A DNA stretch of 40,000 nt from Methanolobus bombayensis (GCF_017873415.1 NZ_JAGGKD010000001.1:403973-443972), one strand, 5' to 3'; shown: positions 9,697 to 20,284, numbered from the stretch's first letter. Notes: generated by a model from the sequence alone, not told the origin. Made by a program: numbers and translations.

Positions 9697-10473
9697 TTAC
9701 ACTGGCTTCTGTCTCATCTCATCCCATGAATCATCAATTATAGCTTTTATGATTCCACGCTGTCTTAGAGAAACTCTGATTGTGTGATTTGTGATTGACT
9801 CGGGTAAGTCTTCGCCCGAGCGATTACCATAGCCTTCATGACTGCTGGTGAATGAGTATAATAATGCATGTGTTGAAGGCAGTTCATCCAGACGCATATG
9901 CTCTTCTAATGTCAGGTTAGAGCCATCATAACTGTAAGTTGGCATTGAAATAATCCACTTTTCAACAATTCCCTGTGCTTCCTCAGAAGAAGGCTCCAGT
10001 GCAAGTAACCTCTGGGAATCCATGTAACCTTCAATCTGGTACAAATCTTCAAACAGGTATTCGGGAGAATCCGAATCAATGGTTAAAATGTGAATTTCAC
10101 CATTCTGCAACACAGTAACTTCCAGAGTGCCGGAACCTGGATCATCTGATCTGATCTTCTGTGCTTCTGAAGAAGAACTGATTTCCAGAAACGGTTTTCC
10201 TGTAAGCATGTAAGGTGGCTGTTCCCATTGATACTCTATCATTGGTCTGATGTAATGTGCTTTGAGTTCATTGTCAGAATTGTAAATACTGAGGTCCATG
10301 GAAGTTGAATTAATTATCAACTCCTGTGTATCCATGTTAGTTGGTGAAGTAACAGCATATTTCATGGACATTATAGTTGCATTGTCCGATATCGTAAATT
10401 CTTCTTGTTCTGTGCATCCTGAACTCATCAGAACTAAAACAATACACATTAGCATTATTCTTGTATACTTCAT
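9697..10473 (-). CDS. Hypothetical secreted lipoprotein
   Basis: The 258-aa product begins MKYTRIMLMCIVLVLMSSGC, a signal peptide with a lipobox-like Cys. The mature part is acidic. Confidence 0.6.
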   Translation of the reverse strand: MKYTRIMLMCIVLVLMSSGCTEQEEFTISDNATIMSMKYAVTSPTNMDTQELIINSTSMDLSIYNSDNELKAHYIRPMIEYQWEQPPYMLTGKPFLEISSSSEAQKIRSDDPGSGTLEVTVLQNGEIHILTIDSDSPEYLFEDLYQIEGYMDSQRLLALEPSSEEAQGIVEKWIISMPTYSYDGSNLTLEEHMRLDELPSTHALLYSFTSSHEGYGNRSGEDLPESITNHTIRVSLRQRGIIKAIIDDSWDEMRQKPV

Positions 10474-10578
10474 AAATAAATGATAAACCAGCTGGTATAT
10501 AGGACTTTGCAGATTTTAAAATAATTCAAACTATATTATCATCTTTCTAATATTGTCAAAAATAAATGATTTCCGAAA

Positions 10579-11214
10579 CTAAACCAGTAATTCAGCATTA
10601 AGATAGTTTAACATGATGATCGATGATGTGATTAAGCAAATAAGGCATATCAGGAGATTTGCCAGCCTGAGCTCATACGAGCTAATGATCCTGTAGAACA
10701 TGGGTTCGTTGATCAGGTTGAGCCAGAACATCATCAGAACAGGCAGGGATACAAAATACAGGACTCCGGAAAGGGATAATTTGAATGGTTTTCGCAGGTC
10801 GCTGTGCAGACTCTCTATTAGTTCTTCCATGGTCTTTTTGCAGTATACAAGTGCATTGTATGATGAACTGACAGTTCCTGCATTCGCAGTTCCGTTTTTC
10901 ATAGTAGGGAGAGTTCTGGTGATCAACTGTGGGTTTGTTATAAATGGTTTGATAAGAGGGATCTTTGTTTCAACTGAGAAATAACTCAGGGTTTGTTGTA
11001 CTTCAGAAGCTTTGCTTGTCAGCCATAAGTATAGCAGAGAATCGAAGTTTGTGGAATAAGTTTCCGTGAACTCGCTGTATATTGATGAGTACCTGTTGAG
11101 AAAATCCAACTTCTGGCGTACAATGGCAATTAAAACCAGACGTTTTATGAATCCGGCTGTCACAAAAACCAAAAACACGGCTACCAGCAGAATTGGTTTA
11201 TCCATTTTCAGCAC
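10579..11214 (-). CDS. Hypothetical membrane protein
   Basis: The 211-aa product has an N-terminal TM segment and C-terminal TM segments. I recognise no family. Confidence 0.5.
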   Translation of the reverse strand: MLKMDKPILLVAVFLVFVTAGFIKRLVLIAIVRQKLDFLNRYSSIYSEFTETYSTNFDSLLYLWLTSKASEVQQTLSYFSVETKIPLIKPFITNPQLITRTLPTMKNGTANAGTVSSSYNALVYCKKTMEELIESLHSDLRKPFKLSLSGVLYFVSLPVLMMFWLNLINEPMFYRIISSYELRLANLLICLICLITSSIIMLNYLNAELLV

Positions 11215-11600
11215 TCATTATATTGGTGAGCTATAATTATACTAATAATCTATAAATATACTATTTAAGTTTGTTTACCGGGATCTATGTAGAACTATTT
11301 TGATTTATAGATTAGTGGGCTTGATTGCTTTTTATTATTTATTTTCAGTTTGTTCTATTACATTATGAGTCAGCAACTGATGCGAGAAATGATTACAAAT
11401 CCGATGATTAAAAAATAATTATTCTTTCCCTTATTTCTGCATAAATTTGCCTCACCCCTTCATAATTTTTTATCAATATCTATCGCCCCACATAACTACA
11501 AACCAGTTTGAAGTTTAGACAATTCTTTAATATGTATACGTCATTCTAGAACGTGCAATAAAAGAATATAACCGGTTAACAAATAACCATTTAAGGGGAA

Positions 11601-12353
11601 GTGAAAATGTCACCTGAAAGAAATGATAAATCATATTTAGCAATAATCGCACTATCAGTCGTCCTGGTGGTGATGTCACTAACGATATACGCTATCTCAC
11701 AGGATGGTCCGGAACAGACTACAGCAGACACAATTACAATGGGCGGATATGCAGAACAGAAAGTTGTACCTGACACCGCATCTTTAAGTATAGGTGTCGT
11801 GATCCAGTCCGAGACATCAACGGAAGCATCTGACGAGAATGCTGCCATAATGAGCACTGTAATAGAAGAACTCAAAGCTCTCGGACTGGAGGACAGGGAA
11901 ATCCAGACATCCTATGTTTCCGTGTATCCGGTCTACAACTATGACGGGGAAAGGACCATCACAGGTTACTCCGCATCCAACAGCGTCCAGGTCACAACCA
12001 CAAACCTTGACATCCTGAGCGAGATTATCGATAGGTCCACAGCCGCAGGAGCAAACCAGATCGGAAGCATTTCCTTCACAGTTTCCGATGACATGCAGGA
12101 AGAGCTACGTGCAGATCTCATGGATGAAGCAATAGCTGATGCATCATCAAAAGCCAATGACCTTGCAGACAGCCTTGATCTTAAGATCGCAGGAGTGCAG
12201 ACCGCATCCATAAACGATAATAGTAACCCAAGAATCTATTATGCAATGGAAGAAGCAGCAGTTGAAATGGATGAAGAAAAACCTGCAACTCCAATAGAAC
12301 CTGGAGAATCCACAGTCTCAATGTCAGTTCAGGTCACATACTACATTGAGTAA
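11601..12353 (+). CDS. SIMPL domain (DUF541) protein
   Basis: The 250-aa product has an N-terminal TM or signal segment. The body matches the SIMPL/26-kDa periplasmic immunogenic protein pattern (VVPDTASLSIGV..., GYSASNSVQVTT..., GANQIGSISFTVSD..., A..DA..KA..LA). The track start is GTG at 11601, with an ATG at 11607. Confidence 0.75.
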   Translation: MKMSPERNDKSYLAIIALSVVLVVMSLTIYAISQDGPEQTTADTITMGGYAEQKVVPDTASLSIGVVIQSETSTEASDENAAIMSTVIEELKALGLEDREIQTSYVSVYPVYNYDGERTITGYSASNSVQVTTTNLDILSEIIDRSTAAGANQIGSISFTVSDDMQEELRADLMDEAIADASSKANDLADSLDLKIAGVQTASINDNSNPRIYYAMEEAAVEMDEEKPATPIEPGESTVSMSVQVTYYIE

Positions 12354-12421
12354 GAATTATAGCCAACCAACCAACAATAGCCTATAACCACCGGTTGATT
12401 CCGGTGGTATTTTTTATTCTA

Positions 12422-13681
12422 CTAAACATTCACCTTTTTACCGTGCTTGCTCTGGAGTATATCCAGGATCTTCTTTTTAGCACATTCCTTCTTTCTGGTC
12501 TCTATTTTCTTGAAGTTCTCGGACTTATATTCAAAGCATGTCCATTTGACCAGAACAGAGACATCACCAATTATCTTCCTGTGGACAAGATTCAAACCTG
12601 AATTAGTAAGCTCATAATTTTCCAGTTCAAGATAATTGTTCTTTGCAAGGAGCTTGCAGTGCCTTTCAAAAATATCAGATGATATCTGAAGCCAGTTCTG
12701 GATTTCCTGCTGATTTGTGTATCCAAGATAAAAACTGAATAAAATACGAATCTGTATATCTTCTTCCGGATTCAGACATCCGTAGAGTGCAATAATTACT
12801 GAAAAATCCCTTGATTTTAACACAATAGACGCATCATTTTTTGTCTGTATCATCAGGTCCATAAAACATGTATTTTCAGGAATATCTAATTCGATATCTT
12901 CTATATTCAGGGGGCATATGAATTTATTAATATCCACTGTAGCCACATTCCCACACAATTTTGAATTCCCACACTTCCATATGATCCTGTTCGTTTCATC
13001 ATCACTTGGCGCCATATTGCAGTCAAGGCAATTCCATACAGTCGCCAGATTATCGAAATCTTCCTGAATATCTGAACCAAGCTTTTTCTTGTCGACACCC
13101 CTGACCCTGTCTACAAGATCAATTCCAAGAGGTGTGAGTGCAGCATATTTATCTACAAGACCCTTCGATTTCAAAGAAGCAAAAGTCCTGGAAACCAGCT
13201 CGTCATCACCTTCAAAAATAGGAATCAGCAGATCCAGGCTATTTATCCCGGAAGACAACAGACACAATAATCGAATGTCTTCCGGTTTCATGGTTCCAAT
13301 AATCGGGTCTGCACTGACCCCTAAAAGGCTCATCAGCATATATTTCAGATTTGAAACATCTGACTTCTTTCCCGCAATTATCATGGAAGAAACAACTTCA
13401 CCTATTCCAATGGTTGCTTCTTTCTTATAATCAATAACTATGATCGCACCATGTCTGCTGGCATTCTGTATCTTACTGAGAATAGCATGTGGTAAAGGTC
13501 TGTCGACGATAAGGATGTTTTCCAGACTCAAATGAATGGACCTATAATCAGTACGAATTTCCATCTCTTTATCTGTAAGGATAACTTTCCATGGTTCCCA
13601 TAGAGTGTTGTCTATCCCAAAAATGGTGTTGATCCGGGGAATATCTGCAATCCCTATAAATTCTATGTCGCCATATATCAT
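12422..13681 (-). CDS. Hypothetical protein with a probable internal winged-helix segment
   Basis: This is a long clean ORF of 419 aa. The segment LVSRTFASLKSKGLVDKYAALTPLGIDLV resembles a MarR-type wHTH. I do not recognise the family. Confidence 0.55.
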   Translation of the reverse strand: MIYGDIEFIGIADIPRINTIFGIDNTLWEPWKVILTDKEMEIRTDYRSIHLSLENILIVDRPLPHAILSKIQNASRHGAIIVIDYKKEATIGIGEVVSSMIIAGKKSDVSNLKYMLMSLLGVSADPIIGTMKPEDIRLLCLLSSGINSLDLLIPIFEGDDELVSRTFASLKSKGLVDKYAALTPLGIDLVDRVRGVDKKKLGSDIQEDFDNLATVWNCLDCNMAPSDDETNRIIWKCGNSKLCGNVATVDINKFICPLNIEDIELDIPENTCFMDLMIQTKNDASIVLKSRDFSVIIALYGCLNPEEDIQIRILFSFYLGYTNQQEIQNWLQISSDIFERHCKLLAKNNYLELENYELTNSGLNLVHRKIIGDVSVLVKWTCFEYKSENFKKIETRKKECAKKKILDILQSKHGKKVNV

Positions 13682-13846
13682 TCACATACCGCCAGCCGAA
13701 ATAGAAATATTTACTGTTTTTTCAGGTATCTAATTATAATATCCAAAATCAAGATTATGTTAATTAATATATTAAAATTTTATATAAATAACTTTGTATT
13801 TAATTATTTATAATGTGCGATAGTATGGTTGTAATTTAGAAAGTCT

Positions 13847-14977
13847 CTAATTCCTGACAATTTCTTCAAGCATTTTCCTCACAGCTCCGGGACCGTTCAA
13901 CTGTTCAGCCATTTTCCGCATCTCTGTGAGCTTTTTTGTGTACTTCTCATCATCAATGAGCAATCTGAGATTCTCCAGGATATCTTCAGGAGATGCGGAA
14001 TAGTCAAGTTTTTTTCCAAGACCGTCTTTTTCAATAACAAAAGCATTATTCTGCTGTTCACTATGTTTCTGGTCCGGAACGGTGATCATTGGAACTCCAA
14101 AGCTCAGGGCTTCCATCATGGTACTATGGCCTCCTGGGGCAATAACAACATCTGAAGCTTTCATATATGGGAACTGGTCATCTATGAATTTCAGTATAGT
14201 AACATTCTCTGGAAGTTTTCCAAAACTTTCCGGATTAACACTTGGGCCCGAAAGTAAAGTATAATTTATGGAACTATCCATGCCTGCAGCTTCAATGACC
14301 TTTCGGAAAATAGGTTCACGATATCCAAATCCACCAACGGTGCAGAGCACATGAGGGCGTTCAAGTTCCTTTGAAGTTGTTTCTTCAAAGGTCTTTCCAA
14401 TAAGTGGACCACTGAAGAAGAGTTTTTTCCAGGCTGCTTCCCTGAAATCAAGGTTTTTTCTACACACGGTATGAGGCAGTGGAAAATCAGGAATGATTAT
14501 TCTGTCAGCCATCTTGAACATTCCGATATAGGATTTTTTCACAAGCTCCACCAGTATTTTGCTGGAAGCGCCCTTGCCTTTGAAGAATTCTTCCATATTT
14601 GACTGGTTCACAATCAAATGGCATGGGAGGCTGCGTGATTTGGCACTTATCATTCCCATGAAATAACTGTCTGATATCACCACATCAGGTTTGGTCCTTT
14701 TGAGCAGCTTTCGTATTTTGATCAGACCAAGGAACTGCCCTCTCTTAAAAGTTGCAAGAATTGACCTTTTAAGATTCAGAGAACCGGCCTTACCTACAAG
14801 TGTGATCTCCGAAGGGACAGTATGGGTTTTAAATCCTTTACGTTCAATTAGTTCCCTGGAATATCCATAAGCTCCGAAATGTACATCATGGCCAGCCGAT
14901 ACAAGCTCCCTGCCTATGGATATACATCTGCTGGTATGTCCAAGACCTTCGCCGCAGACAAATATCATTACTCTCAT
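13847..14977 (-). CDS. Glycosyltransferase, MJ1255/TIGR00661-like (GT-B fold, MurG/UDP-glucuronosyltransferase-related)
   Basis: The 376-aa product starts MRVMIFVCGEGLGHTSRCISIG. Its C-terminal half contains GGHSTMMEALSFGVPMITVP...EQQNNA, the nucleotide-sugar binding motif. It is a paralogue of the gene at 16295-17479. Confidence 0.8.
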   Translation of the reverse strand: MRVMIFVCGEGLGHTSRCISIGRELVSAGHDVHFGAYGYSRELIERKGFKTHTVPSEITLVGKAGSLNLKRSILATFKRGQFLGLIKIRKLLKRTKPDVVISDSYFMGMISAKSRSLPCHLIVNQSNMEEFFKGKGASSKILVELVKKSYIGMFKMADRIIIPDFPLPHTVCRKNLDFREAAWKKLFFSGPLIGKTFEETTSKELERPHVLCTVGGFGYREPIFRKVIEAAGMDSSINYTLLSGPSVNPESFGKLPENVTILKFIDDQFPYMKASDVVIAPGGHSTMMEALSFGVPMITVPDQKHSEQQNNAFVIEKDGLGKKLDYSASPEDILENLRLLIDDEKYTKKLTEMRKMAEQLNGPGAVRKMLEEIVRN

Positions 14978-15117
14978 CTTAACACCAAATAATAATCACC
15001 AAAAAATAATCAGATCAAAAAGCTGACCGGTGAATTTACGTTTTTATCTCTTAAAAATACTTTCATCCGGGACAAATCCGTTTGCATGCCTCGTTTTTTA
15101 AAAAGAAAATTTTCTTT

Positions 15118-16119
15118 TCAGAATATCTGGCTGTTCACAACGCGTCCGATCTTTGAAATCTGTGGCTGTTTTGATATCCTGTAAAGCAGAAATGGTAAAC
15201 CGGAAACAAAGAACTGTTGTGTAAGATGCATTGTCATATTATAGATGTGCGGGTGTTTCATCTTATTCTCGCCGCCAACGAGCTTGACAACTTTATCGAA
15301 CACTTCCAATCCGGTAGAGTAATCACCCTCGTGTGGCATGCGTTTTTCCATATTGAAGATAAGTTCTACCCATGCATACAATTCATGGCTTATGTGCTTC
15401 CATATGGGTTCATCGATCATCATATAGGAATTACCTTTTTCAATGTTTTTGAAATAATCCCTGAATGTGTCTCCTTTTGCCAGAGTATGAACTCTTCCTA
15501 TTCTGCCGGTATGGCTATCAGTTGTCACAGCCATTCCTTTCTTAAAACGCTGTGCCAGCACCATTGAGAAAAAGTTCTTCTGCTTCAGGTCCTGCATATT
15601 ATATTCGATCACAGGAAATTGTTTTGCAAGCTCAGGTACGGCCATGATATTTGGTTTTTCTCCCGGCTTGAACCAGAACGGGTGATTGTACATGTGCAGG
15701 ATGTCATTGTCCCGGAAGTAATCAAGAAGCATATAGACATCCTGCTTTCTCTGTACAATTGTCTCCATTTGAGAATATTGTTCTTTATCAAAATCAAAAG
15801 CATTGATATGAACAGTGTGCCCGACGTTTTCCATGTCAGTAATAGATAATTCCACTCCAGTGGTCAGTTTATCTTTATTCCATCCCATGAAATCATAAGC
15901 TTTTACAGTGTCATGGTCTGTAAATGTCACAAAACCAAGGCCATCTGCTAACCCTTTTTTGAACAGTTTTTCCGGTTTTGTGAATTTACTTGCAGGTACA
16001 TCATATGAACAGGAGGTATGCACATGCAGGTCTGCTTTATTCCATCCATTTTCAAGAAGTTCTGTTGCTCTGTCAGATGCAATTATTTTTTGCATTGTTC
16101 TGTCCTGTTTGCGGAACAT
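15118..16119 (-). CDS. PHP-domain metal-dependent phosphoesterase
   Basis: The 333-aa product carries the PHP His/Asp motifs DLHVHTSCSYD, VTFTDHDT, HINAF, and DSHTGRIG. Confidence 0.7.
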   Translation of the reverse strand: MFRKQDRTMQKIIASDRATELLENGWNKADLHVHTSCSYDVPASKFTKPEKLFKKGLADGLGFVTFTDHDTVKAYDFMGWNKDKLTTGVELSITDMENVGHTVHINAFDFDKEQYSQMETIVQRKQDVYMLLDYFRDNDILHMYNHPFWFKPGEKPNIMAVPELAKQFPVIEYNMQDLKQKNFFSMVLAQRFKKGMAVTTDSHTGRIGRVHTLAKGDTFRDYFKNIEKGNSYMMIDEPIWKHISHELYAWVELIFNMEKRMPHEGDYSTGLEVFDKVVKLVGGENKMKHPHIYNMTMHLTQQFFVSGLPFLLYRISKQPQISKIGRVVNSQIF

Positions 16120-16294
16120 CCTGTTACCTCTGTTTAATGCAAAATTTTATGTTTTGTTCAATTTTTTTATTACTTATTGTTCTATGTATGTATATGTTCT
16201 GAAGTAAAAATAAATAGTTAATCTACATAATCTATAGTTATTCCTGTATTCTATATAATAAACATATAAATACTTAACATTCATTTTTATTAAT

Positions 16295-17479
16295 ATGTCA
16301 GAGCATTCGAATCTCTCCGAGAAGCGTATGACTTTTCTGATTTTTGTTTGTGGAGAAGGACTTGGACACACCGGGAGATGCATTTCCCTTGCATCCGAGC
16401 TACAAAATTCCGGTCACAATGTTTTCATTGGAGCTTATGGATATTCCCGGAAGTTAATTGAAGAATCAGGTTACAGTGTCGAGGAAATTCCCCAGGAGCT
16501 CAGACTCAGTGGTAAAAAAGGTTCTCTTGATCTGAAAAGTTCCATAGTTTCAACTGCCAGGACTATTTCAATCAGTAATCTGAGTTCGGTAAGAAAGCTT
16601 GTGGAGAAAACAAAACCTGATTTTGTAATTTCTGATGGATATTATAATGGTATAATTGCTGCACAACACAAAAAAGTTCCTGTATCTATTATAGTGAACC
16701 AGTCAAGTATGCAGGACTTTTTCAAAAACAAGGGTTTTTTAATAGGCATTGCAGGTTCCGTTGTCAGAAAATTCTATACATGGATATACAAAAAAGTGGA
16801 CATTATTTTCGTTCCGGACTTTAAACCTCCATTCACTATATGTGCTTCAAACCTCTCTTTTCCTGAAAATGTGAAGGACAAAATAGAATTCAGTGGTCCG
16901 GTCCTGAGAAAAAAGTATGATGAAGTTGTCCCTATTGATGGATTGAAGCGACCACATGTGCTTTGCAGCATAGGCGGTTTCGGTTATCGTCTTCAGATAT
17001 TTAAAAAGCTGCTGGAAGCAGCAAAAATGGACTCCAATATCAATTATACTCTCATAGGTGGTCCTGATCTGGATTATAGTCTTCTTGAAGATGTTCCTGA
17101 AAATGTGGAAGTTCGCCGTCTGATCCCTGATCCTTTCCCATATTACAGGTCAGTGGATTTAGTGATCTGCACAGGCGGCCATGGTACAATTACGGAATCG
17201 CTCAGTTATGGTCTTCCTGTAATATCTTTCCCGGACCACTCTCATAATGAACAGGAGAACAATGCTCAGTTCATTGAAGATAATGAATATGGCAGACGTT
17301 TGTCTTATTCAGTAACACCTGGGGAACTGTTACAGGTAATTAAAACTCTTATTAATGATGAAAGATACAGATCGAATGCATCAGTATTAAAAGAGCAGGC
17401 AGTGCTGAGCTATGGTCCTGAATACATAAGAAAAAGACTGGTAGCTTATTCGTCCTCAGTTTCCCGCTCAATTTGCTGA
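16295..17479 (+). CDS. Glycosyltransferase, MJ1255/TIGR00661-like (paralogue of 13847-14977)
   Basis: The 394-aa product contains MTFLIFVCGEGLGHTGRCISLA (internal ATG at 16328) and GGHGTITESLSYGLPVISFP...EQENNA. It is collinear with the other glycosyltransferase along its whole length. Confidence 0.8.
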   Translation: MSEHSNLSEKRMTFLIFVCGEGLGHTGRCISLASELQNSGHNVFIGAYGYSRKLIEESGYSVEEIPQELRLSGKKGSLDLKSSIVSTARTISISNLSSVRKLVEKTKPDFVISDGYYNGIIAAQHKKVPVSIIVNQSSMQDFFKNKGFLIGIAGSVVRKFYTWIYKKVDIIFVPDFKPPFTICASNLSFPENVKDKIEFSGPVLRKKYDEVVPIDGLKRPHVLCSIGGFGYRLQIFKKLLEAAKMDSNINYTLIGGPDLDYSLLEDVPENVEVRRLIPDPFPYYRSVDLVICTGGHGTITESLSYGLPVISFPDHSHNEQENNAQFIEDNEYGRRLSYSVTPGELLQVIKTLINDERYRSNASVLKEQAVLSYGPEYIRKRLVAYSSSVSRSIC

Positions 17480-18130
17480 AAGATTTCTCATTAACAATCT
17501 GATGAATCTGAACAATTCTGCGTGATCATGCAGAACTATGTCGGCATGTTCAAGTTCTTTTCTGCTGAGATCAGTAGGCAAACCCACTGTAAATATCCCG
17601 GCATTTTTTGCAGATTCAACACCAAGTATTGCATTTTCCACTACTATGCAATCATTTTTTTCCATTCCAAGCATTTCAACTGCTTTATTATATGGTTCAG
17701 GTTCAGGTTTTCCTTTCTCAGTATCATCACCACTGACTATCGCATCAAATATTCCCGGGAAATATTTCTCCATCATTATATCCACAATCTTTCTGTCGGA
17801 ACCTGAAACAACAGCGAGTCTGAATCTTTCCTTGATCTCTCTGAGGAAACCATCCACATCATCGAACAGAGTGACGCTATCCCTGTCAAATAGCTCATGT
17901 TTTCTTGCAGGAACATCAGATAGCAATTCTTCCATATCAATGGAATTGTTTCCATGGATTTCCACAATTTTTCTCACAATCCCTGCATCATTCTCGCCTT
18001 CAAGGGCAAATATATCTCTTTCGTCGATCTCTATTCCAGTCTCCATAAAAGCATCTTTCCATGCTTTTGCATGCAGGTGCATAGAATCTATCAGCACCCC
18101 GTCCATATCAAATATCAGAGCTTCGATCAC
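17468..18130 (-). CDS. HAD-superfamily hydrolase (beta-phosphoglucomutase/phosphatase-like)
   Basis: The 220-aa product has HAD motif I LIFDMDGVLIDS, motif II VVSGS, and motif III/IV K...VVENAILGVESAKNAG. Its 3' end overlaps the convergent glycosyltransferase gene by 12 nt. Confidence 0.85.
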   Translation of the reverse strand: MIEALIFDMDGVLIDSMHLHAKAWKDAFMETGIEIDERDIFALEGENDAGIVRKIVEIHGNNSIDMEELLSDVPARKHELFDRDSVTLFDDVDGFLREIKERFRLAVVSGSDRKIVDIMMEKYFPGIFDAIVSGDDTEKGKPEPEPYNKAVEMLGMEKNDCIVVENAILGVESAKNAGIFTVGLPTDLSRKELEHADIVLHDHAELFRFIRLLMRNLSAN

Positions 18131-18253
18131 AACTGGAAATCTACATGTGTATATATCTAGTTAATCTAAGGTTCAATCATAGATTATAGAATCTATATAT
18201 TTGTGAAAAATGGAACCACAATACTCTTTAGACTTCCAGAGTAATCTATCTTT

Positions 18254-18838
18254 ATGGATAAGGCAGGAGTGGTTTTTGCTTTATTAACAGTATTTACTGT
18301 CATGCTTGGTTCATGGTTTTTTGCAGGGGTGCATGTTTCAATGACAACGGAAGAGGTTGAATACAGAGTAATGTATGAATTAGAGGAAGATGTTGAGGTC
18401 AGGAAGTATGATGAATTAACTGTTATTTCCACATCAGCAAATAATCAGAACGATGCTTTCTCAGTACTTGCATCTTATATTTTCGGCAATAATGCAGGAA
18501 AGAAGAAAATCGATATGACATCTCCGGTAATCACATCAGAGAGTGATAATGTTGTTAATATGTCGTTTGTGTTACCTGCTGAGTACAATATTGATAATGC
18601 ACCAGATACTGAGAATCCGGAAATATCGATTCAGGCAATTCCTGCAAGAAAAGTGGCTGTGATAAGATTCTCAGGATATGCAAAGGATGAGATCATTGAA
18701 AAAAAGCGTTCAGTTCTCAGTTCACAACTTGCTGATAATGGTATTGTAACTACAGGTGATTTTTTCCTGATGCAGTATAATCCTCCGTGGGTTCCCCCTA
18801 CTCTTATGCGGAACGAAGTGGCTATAGAGGTGGAATAA
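18254..18838 (+). CDS. SOUL haem-binding family protein
   Basis: The 194-aa product has an N-terminal TM segment. It then follows the SOUL pattern: YEVRKYDE, FSVLASYIFGNN, IDMTSPV, MSFVLP, VAVIRFSG, YNPPW..RNEV. Confidence 0.7.
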   Translation: MDKAGVVFALLTVFTVMLGSWFFAGVHVSMTTEEVEYRVMYELEEDVEVRKYDELTVISTSANNQNDAFSVLASYIFGNNAGKKKIDMTSPVITSESDNVVNMSFVLPAEYNIDNAPDTENPEISIQAIPARKVAVIRFSGYAKDEIIEKKRSVLSSQLADNGIVTTGDFFLMQYNPPWVPPTLMRNEVAIEVE

Positions 18839-20217
18839 TGGCAAAAAAATACGGATTATCTTTATTTATATTCAGACGTGATCTCCGGGTGGATGATAAC
18901 ACTGCTTTGAACATTGCAATGGAAAACTCTGATGAGGTAATTCCATGTTTTATATTTGATCCAAGACTTGCAGATGAGAAGCGAAAAAATTTCAATCACA
19001 ATGCTTTCCATTTCCTGCTGGAATGTCTTGATGACCTTAAACTACAGCTGGATTCAAAATACGGCAAACTGTTCTTTTTCTCTGGCCTTCCTGAAAACAT
19101 CATATCAGATTTGAAAAAGAAACATGAAATAGATGCTGTATTTTTCAACAAGGATTATACACCTTTTAGCAAAAAACGAGATTCTACAATCCTGGAATCA
19201 TGTGAGAGTTCAGGAATTGATTTTGTAAGTTACCATGATGCTTTGCTACATGAGCCCGGTAAAGTGCTTACTAATGAAGGAAAAAGCTATTCCGTGTTCT
19301 CTCAGTTCTTCAAAAAAGCTTCAAAAAGAGATATACCTTTGCCTGAGATGCAGGAAGGAGGTAACTTTTATTCCGGAGATCTGGATCTAGCCCTGATTGA
19401 ATTTTCTGATCTTTCAATAGACAGGAATCCTTCTCTTTTCGCAAAAGGTGGCAGAACTAACGCTCTTTCAATTCTTCAGGATATTAATGAGTTCAGAAAT
19501 TATGATAATGAACGTGACTATCCATCAATAAAAAGTACAACGGGACTTTCTGCTCATAATAAATTAGGTACTGTCTCAATAAGAGAGTTCTATCATTATG
19601 TTAGAAATGAACTTGATGAAGGTCACACTCTAATAAATGAACTTCACTGGCGGGATTTCTTCACTCATATTGCTGTTGCACATCCTTATGTTTTCAAGGG
19701 TGCTTTCAAGAGGAAATTCGATTCACTTTCATGGTCAGATGATAAAAAGCTCTTTGATGCATGGTGTAAAGGACAAACCGGCTTTCCGATTGTTGATGCA
19801 GGTATGAGGGAACTGAACACTACTGGATACATGCATAATCGTGTAAGAATGATAGTTGCATCCTTCCTCGTAAAGGACCTTCACATTGACTGGAAATGGG
19901 GTGAGCGTTATTTTGCCAGCAAGCTTGTGGATTATGATCCATGCGTGAACAACGGTAACTGGCAGTGGGCTGCATCAACTGGTGCGGATTCACAACCATA
20001 CTTCCGTATATTCAATCCGTGGCTGCAACAGAAGAAGTTCGATCCTGATTGTGCTTATATTAAAAAGTGGATTCCTGAGCTTTCAGAAGTTGAACCAAAG
20101 GCAATCCATTCTCTTGAAAAAGGTCAGCAGTTGCTTGGGGTTGATTATCCTCAGACAATTATCAGTCATAAGGATGAAAGAGAGAAGGCTTTGACAATGT
20201 TCAAATCAATAAGCTAA
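18838..20217 (+). CDS. phr: Deoxyribodipyrimidine photolyase (class I CPD photolyase/cryptochrome family)
   Basis: The product has LFIFRRDLRVDDNTAL, TGFPIVDAGMRELNTTGYMHNRVRMIVASFL, and NNGNWQWAASTGADSQPYFRIFNP. I place the start at ATG 18838, which overlaps the SOUL stop as TAATG. The track ORF extends to an upstream alternative start at 18787. Confidence 0.9.
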   Translation: MAKKYGLSLFIFRRDLRVDDNTALNIAMENSDEVIPCFIFDPRLADEKRKNFNHNAFHFLLECLDDLKLQLDSKYGKLFFFSGLPENIISDLKKKHEIDAVFFNKDYTPFSKKRDSTILESCESSGIDFVSYHDALLHEPGKVLTNEGKSYSVFSQFFKKASKRDIPLPEMQEGGNFYSGDLDLALIEFSDLSIDRNPSLFAKGGRTNALSILQDINEFRNYDNERDYPSIKSTTGLSAHNKLGTVSIREFYHYVRNELDEGHTLINELHWRDFFTHIAVAHPYVFKGAFKRKFDSLSWSDDKKLFDAWCKGQTGFPIVDAGMRELNTTGYMHNRVRMIVASFLVKDLHIDWKWGERYFASKLVDYDPCVNNGNWQWAASTGADSQPYFRIFNPWLQQKKFDPDCAYIKKWIPELSEVEPKAIHSLEKGQQLLGVDYPQTIISHKDEREKALTMFKSIS

Positions 20218-20284
20218 CTTTTTGCATTCTATCGAGTCCGCAATATTAATAAATAAAGGATATATTTATCCACTACTTCTTTTT

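Noticed and set aside
17522-18164. Plus-strand ORFs antisense to the HAD hydrolase gene (including the 208-aa S-rich ORF 17538-18164)
   Set aside because: The HAD motifs on the minus strand are unambiguous. The antisense translation is Ser/Ile/Phe-rich with no motifs.
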